Source: Acidimicrobiales bacterium
Lineage (GTDB): Bacteria > Actinomycetota > Acidimicrobiia > Acidimicrobiales > Bog-793
NCBI GenBank assembly: GCA_050010315.1
Contig: JBEKLG010000002.1
Coordinates: forward strand, 1 to 33,809
Direction of reading: 5' to 3'
DNA length: 33,809 bases
Part shown: piece by piece, positions 25,227 to 33,069 of the stretch
Numbering within the stretch: the first letter of the stretch is position 1
Layout: each line of letters begins with the position of its first letter
The notes under the pieces: model-generated
What the model was told of the DNA's origin: nothing
The model's database searches: none
The model's input: only the letters and a program-made list of their open reading frames with translations
Translations under genes and position numbers: made by a program

Positions 25227-26060
25227 ATGAGGCGCCTGCATCTGAAGCGGGTGCCCGAGGCCGCCACCCGGGCGCCGTCGGAGCAGGAGCTGCAGATCAC
25301 GAGCGGCCTGGAGGCGTTGCGCGAGTCAACGGCACGAGAGGTGATGACGCCTCGGGTCGATGTCGTCGGCCTGGCGACCCCGGTGAGTCTCGCCGACGTC
25401 GCGCGGGCCGTCAGGCGGTCGGGCCACAGCCACTATCCCGTCTACACCGACGACTTCGACCATCTCCTCGGCGTCCTGTTCGTGAAGGACCTGTTCAACC
25501 TCGACGTACCCTTCGCTTCCGGCGAGAGCGCCGGAACAACGGCGGTTCTCTCGGGCGCCGATGTCACGGCGAGGCTGCGTGAGCCCTACGTCGTGCCGGA
25601 GTCGCGCTCGGCACTCGAGATCCTCGCCGACATGCGTCGCCGCCGACGCGGCTTCGCTGTCGTCGTCGACGAGTACGGGGGCTTCGCCGGCGTGATCACG
25701 ATCAACGACCTCGTGAGCGAGCTCGTCGGCGACCTCCGCGACGAGTTCGACCGCACGACGAGCCCGGCGATACTCCGCATCGACGCGCATCGTTATCTCG
25801 TCGACGGCGCCTGCGCGGTCGACGAGGTCGCGGAGCAGATCGGCGTCGCGATCCCCGAGGGCGACTACGTCACGCTCGGGGGGTTTCTCTTCGACGCGCT
25901 CGGGCACATCCCGACGGAGTCGGAGACCTACGAGCACGGGGGGTGGATCTTCCGTGTCGCGCGGATGGAAAGGCGGCGCATCGCCAAGGTCGTCGTCGAG
26001 GCACCATCGGCTACGATCGCCCCCGGAGACGGCGCGAGCCGGACGGCCGACGGGAAGTAG
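25227..26060 (+). CDS. CorC/YbeX-like soluble protein: CBS pair plus CorC_HlyC transporter-associated domain, with no DUF21 membrane domain
   Basis: [51 protein letters not shown], then [47 protein letters not shown]. The last 10 nt, including the TAG stop, overlap the tRNA-Pro 5' end. Confidence 0.85.
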   Translation: MRRLHLKRVPEAATRAPSEQELQITSGLEALRESTAREVMTPRVDVVGLATPVSLADVARAVRRSGHSHYPVYTDDFDHLLGVLFVKDLFNLDVPFASGESAGTTAVLSGADVTARLREPYVVPESRSALEILADMRRRRRGFAVVVDEYGGFAGVITINDLVSELVGDLRDEFDRTTSPAILRIDAHRYLVDGACAVDEVAEQIGVAIPEGDYVTLGGFLFDALGHIPTESETYEHGGWIFRVARMERRRIAKVVVEAPSATIAPGDGASRTADGK

Positions 26061-26125
26061 CGCAGCTTGGTTAGCGCGCAGCGTTCGGGACGCTGAGGTC
26101 GCGGGTTCAAATCCCGCCTTCCCGA
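26051..26125 (+). tRNA. tRNA-Pro, anticodon CGG
   Basis: Hand-folded cloverleaf. Acceptor CGGGAAG/CTTCCCG, D stem GCGC/GCGC, anticodon stem CAGCG/CGCTG with loop TTCGGGA (CGG plus G37), variable AGGTC, T arm GCGGG-TTCAAAT-CCCGC, discriminator A. CCA is not encoded. Confidence 0.93.
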
Positions 26126-26188
26126 CTCAGTCGGCCGCGGCCGCGGAGAAACTGAGCCCGGGCCGCCTGGCCCTCGAGGAGCCCTGCG

Positions 26189-27172
26189 ATGGACGATCAC
26201 CTCTACGTGGCGACGAACGCCGGCGGCATCGAGCAGACGGCGACCGGCGAGATCCACTGGAGCCTGCCCGCCGTGGCCGGCGGCACGACCTCGCCCGGCG
26301 AGCCGACGCGCCCGCCCTCGGGCGAACTCGTCCTGCGCCGGGCGACGGCGTTGCTCGACGCGCTCGACGAGAGGATCTTTCTCGCCGAACCGATCGACGA
26401 AGCGCACGACGCCGGCGACACGGTCGTCGCCTGGTCGGCCCGGCTCACCGCCGAGACCGCCTGGGGGGTCTATGGCGCAGCGCGTTTCGCCCTCGAGTGC
26501 GCGGCCCACGTGCTCGGTGACGCGGCGACGACGACGCTGCCGGACGGCTCGACGCTCGGCGAGGTCGTCGCCCAGGCGAGGGTGATCCTCGAGCGCTCGA
26601 GCCCGGAGGGCGAGCAACGGCTCGGGCTGCTCGCCCGCTTCGCCGCGGTGCGGCGACTGCGCCGGCTCGGCAGTGAGCTCGGCGACGTCTCGCTGGCGAC
26701 GTTGAGTGAAGATCTCGGGAGCGACCTCGACGTCCTCGACGACCCCGCCTGGACGACGATCGCCGCATGCACCGAGGCGGTGCTCGCCGCCCTCGAGGCA
26801 TTGCGACACCTCGCGATGCCGCGCTACGTGCGCTCGCGCGAAGAGGTTCTCGACGAGCATCCCGCCGACACGCCGAGCGAACCGAGCGCGCCAATCCCGA
26901 CGCCGTGGGGCCCGATCGCCCTCGGGGCAGAACACCGCTCGCCGTACGCACCGGCATGGGCCGCCGCCCGTGACGCCGCTGAGCGCGCCCGGGAGTCAGC
27001 CGCCGTCGATCAAGACCCCCACTCCGTCGGCGCTGAGCGCGCCTATCAGGCCGAGCTGCTCGAAGCGATTCTCGCCGACCGCTGCCCGCCGCCGGTCGCA
27101 GGAGCGGTCGGCACGGGCGACACCGCGGCGCGGGCCGAGACCGAACGACGAGAAAATCCCCGGCACGGGTGA
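26189..27172 (+). CDS. hypothetical acidic, helical protein (no family confidently recognised)
   Basis: 327 aa. GAGGAG lies 7 nt upstream of the ATG. Third codon positions are almost all G/C over the first ~90 codons I checked. The segment AARFALECAAHVLGDAA...LPDG..LGEVVAQARVILE is reminiscent of helical immunity-like proteins, but this is unverified. Confidence 0.65.
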   Translation: MDDHLYVATNAGGIEQTATGEIHWSLPAVAGGTTSPGEPTRPPSGELVLRRATALLDALDERIFLAEPIDEAHDAGDTVVAWSARLTAETAWGVYGAARFALECAAHVLGDAATTTLPDGSTLGEVVAQARVILERSSPEGEQRLGLLARFAAVRRLRRLGSELGDVSLATLSEDLGSDLDVLDDPAWTTIAACTEAVLAALEALRHLAMPRYVRSREEVLDEHPADTPSEPSAPIPTPWGPIALGAEHRSPYAPAWAAARDAAERARESAAVDQDPHSVGAERAYQAELLEAILADRCPPPVAGAVGTGDTAARAETERRENPRHG

Positions 27173-27937
27173 GATCCCCGGCTTCCCGGCGGCCGCGACG
27201 AGCGTGACCCGGGCGCTCCCGAATGCTTTCCGGTAGGGCAGGACCTGCAGCCATTCGGCGTAGGGGAACCCCCATTCGGCGTTCGGCGCGCTCGTCGGGT
27301 CCTCGAGCCGCCAGTTCACCAGGTCGAGCGTGTAGTTCCAGTAGCCGGCGCCGACGTTCTCCTGGGCGAGCGTCACCGTGCCGTCGCCGGTCGCGCCGTC
27401 GACCAAGCTCGCCATGATCACGGCGACGTGGCCCGGTGACCAGCTGTCGAAGTCCGGCGAGTCCGAGAAGCTGATGACATCACCGGCGGATGGCGGATGG
27501 CGGACGGCCTGGCGCGAGCCGTTCACGTAGAGCCTCGTGTTGGCGTAGGCGGCGTGGTAGTTCGCCGCGACCTGCTGACCGTTGGCGAAGACCGGGGCGA
27601 GACCGTCGACGACCGCGAGGAAGCGATCAGCGAGCTCGACGCACTGGAACCCAGAGGTGGCGTTGAAATAGACGCGGTCCGCCCCGTACGGACCCGGCAG
27701 GTCGATGATCGACCGCGTGCCCCCTTCGTATGGGCCCGGCCCGCAGATCGGCAGGTTCGGCTTCGTCCCGGTCCAACCGACGACTGACGCGCCGTTCTCC
27801 GTGCACCACGCCGGCGTCGTACCGGGGGTCGAGGCCGCGCCGACCGGCGGTACGGCACCCGAGACGACCGTCGCGCCGAGCGCGACGAACAAGACCCCCG
27901 CGCCCCAGAGCAACGCACCAAGCGGTCCTACTCGCAT
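26996..27937 (-). CDS. secreted CHAP-domain (Cys/His amidohydrolase-peptidase) protein
   Basis: GGGGGAG SD upstream of ATG 27937. Signal peptide MRVGPLGALLWGAGVLFVALGATVVSGAVPPVGAAS. Catalytic Cys context SGFQCVELADRF, His context SPGHVAVIM, then LAQEN. The last ~60 codons are antisense to the neighbouring gene and look low-complexity. Confidence 0.78.
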   Translation of the reverse strand: MRVGPLGALLWGAGVLFVALGATVVSGAVPPVGAASTPGTTPAWCTENGASVVGWTGTKPNLPICGPGPYEGGTRSIIDLPGPYGADRVYFNATSGFQCVELADRFLAVVDGLAPVFANGQQVAANYHAAYANTRLYVNGSRQAVRHPPSAGDVISFSDSPDFDSWSPGHVAVIMASLVDGATGDGTVTLAQENVGAGYWNYTLDLVNWRLEDPTSAPNAEWGFPYAEWLQVLPYRKAFGSARVTLVAAAGKPGISPVPGIFSSFGLGPRRGVARADRSCDRRRAAVGENRFEQLGLIGALSADGVGVLIDGG

Positions 27938-28068
27938 CCGCTCCCCCGTCGATTCGCACGGTTCCGCGAAACAGCACCGGAAAATCACGTAGCAAGCAGC
28001 GGGTACTACCGGGTTCGCTGTCCGGGCGAATCTAGAAAACGCACCCGAGCCGCCGCAAGGTGCCGATA

Positions 28069-28087
28069 TGACAATGGCGTGACAATG
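28069..28087. repeat. direct repeat TGACAATG x2 with 11-bp period in the CHAP/proS divergent spacer
   Basis: TGACAATG at 28069-28076 and 28080-28087, in the least GC-rich stretch of the window. Function unknown; it could be an operator or a promoter element. Confidence 0.5.
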
Positions 28088-28247
28088 CCGGAACCCCTGC
28101 GCATGGCCTCGCGGACAACCGCCGTTTCTCACTTTGTGTGGCCAGAGCCTCACGAGTTGTGGCAAATGCCTCCCGGCACGCCGCCGCGAACTGCCTCCCG
28201 GGCCGGTGGCCGCCGGTCGGGTCCCTGATCCGCTACGTTCGCCGGGC

Positions 28248-28264
28248 AGCGCAACGGTTGCGCT
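28248..28264 (+). promoter_or_regulatory. stem-loop in the proS 5' leader presenting CGG in its loop
   Basis: AGCGCAA-CGG-TTGCGCT, a 7-bp stem; it can alternatively fold as a 5-bp stem with the 7-nt loop AACGGTT. It ends 22 nt before ATG 28287. Any regulatory role is speculative. Confidence 0.3.
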
Positions 28265-28286
28265 TCAAAAGAAGACCCGGTCGCCG

Positions 28287-29729
28287 ATGGCGAAAACAGA
28301 TGAACGCGGGATCACCCCCCAGGGCGAGGACTTCTCCGCTTGGTACAACGAGCTCGTCCTGCGGGCCGAGCTCGCCGATCGCGGTCCGGTGCGCGGCACG
28401 ATGGTCATCCGTCCCTACGGTTACCGGATCTGGGAGCTGCTCTCAGGCGAGCTCGACCGGCGCATCAAAGCCACGGGTCACGCCAACGCCTACTTCCCGC
28501 TCTTCATCCCGGAAAGCCACCTGCACCGCGAGGCCGAGCACGTCGAGGGGTTCTCGCCCGAGCTGGCCATCGTCACCCACGCCGGCGGCGAGGACCTCGA
28601 GGAGCCGCTCGTCGTACGGCCGACCTCGGAGACGGTCGTCGGCGAGATGTTCGCCCGCTGGATCGACTCCTACCGCGACCTGCCGCTGAAGGTCAACCAG
28701 TGGGCGAACGTCGTGCGCTGGGAGATGAGGCCGCGCCTTTTCCTGCGCACAACGGAGTTTCTCTGGCAGGAGGGCCACACGGCCCACGCCACCGAACAGG
28801 ACGCCGTCGCCGAGATGATCGTGGCGGCGGACTTCTACCAGGCGGTCGCCGAGGAGTTCGCGGCGATGCCCGTGCTCGTCGGGGACAAGACACCTTCGGA
28901 GCGCTTCGCCGGGGCGATGCGGACCATCTCGCTCGAGGCGATGATGCGCGACGGCCGCGCCCTGCAGGCCGCGACCTCGCACTACCTGGGGACGAACTTC
29001 GCCCGGGCCTTCGGGATCGAGTACACGGGGGCCGACGGCAGTCGCGCCCTGTGCCACACGGCGTCGTGGGGGATGAGCACCCGGATGATCGGCGGGGTGG
29101 TCATGACCCACGGGGACGATCAGGGCCTCGTGCTGCCGCCGAGGATCGCTCCCTATCAGGTCGTCGTCGTGCCGATCGGCAGAGAAGACGAGCTCGGCGC
29201 GATCGTCGCGGCCGCCGATGTCCTGGCCGGCGAGCTCGCTGGCCAGGGTGTCCGGGTCCACGTTGACAGGCGCACCCACGTCTCGGCTGGGTTCAAGTTC
29301 AACGACTGGGAGCTGCGGGGGGTGCCGCTGCGGATCGAGCTCGGGCCGCGCGACCTCGCCGCGGGCACGGTCGTCGTCGTCGACCGGCTGAGCGGCACGA
29401 AGGCACCCGCCGCAATCGGCGAGCTCGCCGCGACGATGCCCGGACGCCTCGACGTCTTCCAGGACGCGCTGTTCCGAAGGGCGCTGGAGTTCCGCGAGGC
29501 GCACACCGCGACCGCGGACAGCCTCGACGAACTCGCCGCGGCAGTCGCGACCGGCTTCGCCAGAGCTCTCCTCTGCGGCGACCCCGCCTGCGAGCGGGCG
29601 ATCCAGGAACGCACCGGCGCAACGCCGCGCTGTGTCCCGCGCGACGCGCCCGATGAGACCGGCCGGTGCGTGGCGTGCGGCCGCCCGTCGGATTACGGGC
29701 GCCGGCTCGTCTTCGGCCGGGCCTACTGA
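28287..29729 (+). CDS. proS: prolyl-tRNA synthetase, archaeal/eukaryote-like type (no INS editing domain, C-terminal zinc domain)
   Basis: FSAWYNELVLRAEL, RPTSETVVGEMF, RPRLFLRTTEFLWQEGHTAH (motif 2), SWGMSTRMIGGVVMTHGDDQGLVLPP (motif 3). C-terminal Cys cluster CGDPACE...CVP...CVACG and terminal ...FGRAY. 480 aa from ATG 28287. Confidence 0.95.
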   Translation: MAKTDERGITPQGEDFSAWYNELVLRAELADRGPVRGTMVIRPYGYRIWELLSGELDRRIKATGHANAYFPLFIPESHLHREAEHVEGFSPELAIVTHAGGEDLEEPLVVRPTSETVVGEMFARWIDSYRDLPLKVNQWANVVRWEMRPRLFLRTTEFLWQEGHTAHATEQDAVAEMIVAADFYQAVAEEFAAMPVLVGDKTPSERFAGAMRTISLEAMMRDGRALQAATSHYLGTNFARAFGIEYTGADGSRALCHTASWGMSTRMIGGVVMTHGDDQGLVLPPRIAPYQVVVVPIGREDELGAIVAAADVLAGELAGQGVRVHVDRRTHVSAGFKFNDWELRGVPLRIELGPRDLAAGTVVVVDRLSGTKAPAAIGELAATMPGRLDVFQDALFRRALEFREAHTATADSLDELAAAVATGFARALLCGDPACERAIQERTGATPRCVPRDAPDETGRCVACGRPSDYGRRLVFGRAY

Positions 29730-29745
29730 ACGGCGACCGCCGCCC

Positions 29746-30774
<1,029 letters not shown>

Positions 30775-30808
30775 TTAGCCAGGGTGTGCCGGCGCGTACC
30801 TGGCGGTT

Positions 30809-32023
30809 TCAGCCTCCGAGGCCGAAGGCCTCGTGCAGAGCGCGCACCGCGTCGTCGACCGAGCTCGCGCGCACGACGCAGGAGATCCGGATCGGCGAGG
30901 TCGAGATCATCTCGATGTTGATGTTCTGCTTGGCGAGGGTCTCGAACATCAGCGCCGTCACGCCCGGGTGCGTCTTCATCCCGGCGCCGACGATCGACAC
31001 CTGGGCGATGCCTTCATCGACGAGGATCTCGCGCGCCCCGATCTCCGGTGCCAGCGACCCGGCGATCGCCCGTGCCGCTTCGAGCTCGGCACGCCCGACG
31101 GTGAAGGAGACGTCGGTCGTCCCGTCGACGGAGGTGTTCTGCACGATCATGTCGACGTTGACAGCGCCGTCGGCAAGGGCGCGGAAGACCCTGGCCGCGA
31201 CGCCGGGGCGGTCGGGCACCGCGGTGACCGTCACCTTCGCCTCCGACACGTCGCTCGTCACCGCAGAGACGATGGGCTGTTCCATGGACGGGTCCTCCTC
31301 GGTCACCCACGTCCCGGGCTCCCAGGTGAACGAGGAGCGGACGTGGACCGGCACGTGATGGTTGCGGGCGAACTCGACGGACCGGAGGGCGAGCACACGA
31401 CCCCCGGTCGAGGCGATCTCGAGCATTTCTTCGAACGAGACCTGGCGGAGCCGGCGCGCGCTCGGCACGACACGCGGATCGGCCGTGAACACGCCGGAGA
31501 CGTCCGTGTAGATCTCGCATCGATCGGCGGCGAGCGCCGCGGCGAGGGCAACGGCCGTCGTGTCGGACCCGCCCCGACCGAGCGTCGTGATGTCCCGCGT
31601 GGTCGACACCCCTTGGAAGCCGGCGACGACGGGCACGACCCCCCGGGCGAGCGCCTCGGTCAGCCGGTCGGCGCGCACCTCGACGATCTTCGCCTTGGTG
31701 TGGGTCGTGTCGGTGATGATCCCCGCCTGGCTGCCGGTGAACGAGGCCGCATGGACGCCGAGCTCGGCGAGCGCCATGCACAGGAGCGACATCGTGATCC
31801 GCTCGCCCGCCGTCAGCAGCATGTCGAGCTCGCGCCCCGGCGTGACCGAGCTCACGTCGCCGGCCATCCGGACCAACTCGTCGGTCGTCTTGCCCATCGC
31901 CGAGACGACAACGACGACGTCGTCGCCGTTCTGGCGCGTCCAGGCGACGTGCTTGGCGACCTCGCGGATGCGGTCGGCGTCGGCCACCGATGTTCCACCG
32001 AACTTCTGGACGATCAGAGCCAC
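30809..32023 (-). CDS. lysC: aspartate kinase (alpha subunit; contains a nested in-frame beta subunit)
   Basis: [40 protein letters not shown], and two C-terminal ACT domains. GTG start at 32023. Confidence 0.96.
   Translation of the reverse strand: MALIVQKFGGTSVADADRIREVAKHVAWTRQNGDDVVVVVSAMGKTTDELVRMAGDVSSVTPGRELDMLLTAGERITMSLLCMALAELGVHAASFTGSQAGIITDTTHTKAKIVEVRADRLTEALARGVVPVVAGFQGVSTTRDITTLGRGGSDTTAVALAAALAADRCEIYTDVSGVFTADPRVVPSARRLRQVSFEEMLEIASTGGRVLALRSVEFARNHHVPVHVRSSFTWEPGTWVTEEDPSMEQPIVSAVTSDVSEAKVTVTAVPDRPGVAARVFRALADGAVNVDMIVQNTSVDGTTDVSFTVGRAELEAARAIAGSLAPEIGAREILVDEGIAQVSIVGAGMKTHPGVTALMFETLAKQNINIEMISTSPIRISCVVRASSVDDAVRALHEAFGLGG
31283..31300 (-). promoter_or_regulatory. internal SD (GAGGAGGA) plus ATG for the in-frame aspartokinase beta subunit (30809-31285)
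   Basis: The minus strand reads GAGGAGGA-CCCGTCC-ATG, beginning [20 protein letters not shown]. This is the position and sequence context of the beta-subunit start known in Corynebacterium/Mycobacterium lysC. Confidence 0.6.
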
Positions 32024-32029
32024 GAGGAC

Positions 32030-32035
32030 AACCTA
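32030..32035 (-). promoter_or_regulatory. candidate -10 hexamer TAGGTT, 6 nt upstream of the ask GTG (leaderless geometry)
   Basis: The minus strand reads GCAC-TAGGTT-GTCCTC-GTG. TANNNT match with no SD. Confidence 0.35.
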
Positions 32036-32050
32036 GTGCTCCGTCGCGAC

Positions 32051-32056
32051 TAGCTT
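32051..32056 (+). promoter_or_regulatory. candidate -10 hexamer TAGCTT, 8 nt upstream of the cyclophilin GTG (near-leaderless)
   Basis: TANNNT match with no SD before GTG 32065. Confidence 0.35.
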
Positions 32057-32064
32057 GGCTGGCC

Positions 32065-32838
32065 GTGCCGAGCGAAAAGCGGGCGCGGCAGCGCGCGATG
32101 CGACAGGCGAAGGTCGAACACGTCCAAAAGCACAAGCGCCGATCGCGACGCCTGCGCCGGGTGGGAGGCGCGGCTCTTGTCGCGGCCCTCGTCGTCGGGG
32201 TCATCGCCTTGGTGAGCCAGCACTCCCAGCCGGCCAAGAACGCCGCGATCAAGCCGGTCTGCCTGTCGAAGGGCCAGTTCGTCGCCACGACGCGGCACAC
32301 GAAGTTCACCAGCGCGCCGCCGATGTGCATCTCGGCGAAAGCCACCTACGACGCGACGTTCAAGACCGATGCCGGTACCTTCGTCGTCGCGATGGTTGCG
32401 TCAAAATCACCCAAGGCCGTGAACAACTTCGTCTTCCTCGCCGAGCACCGCTTCTATGACGGAACGAAGTTCCACCGGGTGATCCCGGGTTTCGTGGTCC
32501 AAGGCGGCGACCCGACGGGTACCGGCAAGGGCGGACCGGGCTATTCGTGGACAGGGAACACGCCCCTGCGCTCGTGCGAGGCCGCGAAGAGCTGCTATCC
32601 GGTCTGGGGCGTCGCCTACGCCAACTCCACGGGCCCGAAGACGAACGAGAGCCAGTTCTTCATCGTCTTGCCGGGAGGCGAGAAGATCCTCGATGCCGAG
32701 CCGAACTACACATTGTTCGGCAGCGTCGTATTGGGCCGACCGGTCGTCAACCGGATCGCCAAGGACGGCACCCCGAGCGGCAAGCCCAAGCGCGTCCACG
32801 ACGTCATCACGGTCACGATCGCCGAAGCCACCAGATAG
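32065..32838 (+). CDS. ppiB: membrane-anchored cyclophilin-type peptidyl-prolyl cis-trans isomerase (PpiB-like)
   Basis: Basic N-terminus PSEKRARQRAMRQAK...KRRSRRLRR, then TM GGAALVAALVVGVIALV. Cyclophilin core FHRVIPGFVVQGGDPTGTGKGGPGY and ANSTGPKTNESQFFIV. GTG 32065 is chosen because the track start 31990 would overlap the divergent ask gene. Confidence 0.88.
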   Translation: MPSEKRARQRAMRQAKVEHVQKHKRRSRRLRRVGGAALVAALVVGVIALVSQHSQPAKNAAIKPVCLSKGQFVATTRHTKFTSAPPMCISAKATYDATFKTDAGTFVVAMVASKSPKAVNNFVFLAEHRFYDGTKFHRVIPGFVVQGGDPTGTGKGGPGYSWTGNTPLRSCEAAKSCYPVWGVAYANSTGPKTNESQFFIVLPGGEKILDAEPNYTLFGSVVLGRPVVNRIAKDGTPSGKPKRVHDVITVTIAEATR

Positions 32839-33069
32839 CCGCCGAACCCACGGGCCGCGGATCAGACGGCAGTGCCGTGCGCGACGGCTTCGCGCCGGGA
32901 AACGTCGGGCCCGGCGGGCATCGCCGCGGCACCGCCGGCGACACCGACCGGCAGCCCGCCGTGTCTCCCCGGTCTCGCCGCACCGGTCGCGACCCACCCG
33001 GTGCGAAATCGCTGGCCCGGACCGCCGCCTCGGCGGCGGCCTGCCTCACTCACCAGCTGATCCAGCCCC

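Noticed and set aside
25928-26935. 335-aa minus-strand ORF spanning the tRNA and the hypothetical gene
   Set aside because: It would run through a well-folded tRNA-Pro. Its composition is Arg-dominated, and the plus frame has an SD and near-saturated GC3.
26051-28286. Genomic island integrated at tRNA-Pro
   Set aside because: The region has no integrase, recombinase or phage genes. I could not find a direct repeat of the tRNA 3' half downstream by eye, and coding GC3 of the hypothetical gene looks native. The idea is kept only as a remark within a finding.
28134-28286. T-box riboswitch upstream of proS
   Set aside because: A GGTGG-containing GC-rich segment is present (about 28203-28220). 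I could not identify a specifier loop with a Pro codon, the conserved T-box 14-mer, or a terminator/antiterminator alternative. The region is also short for a T-box.
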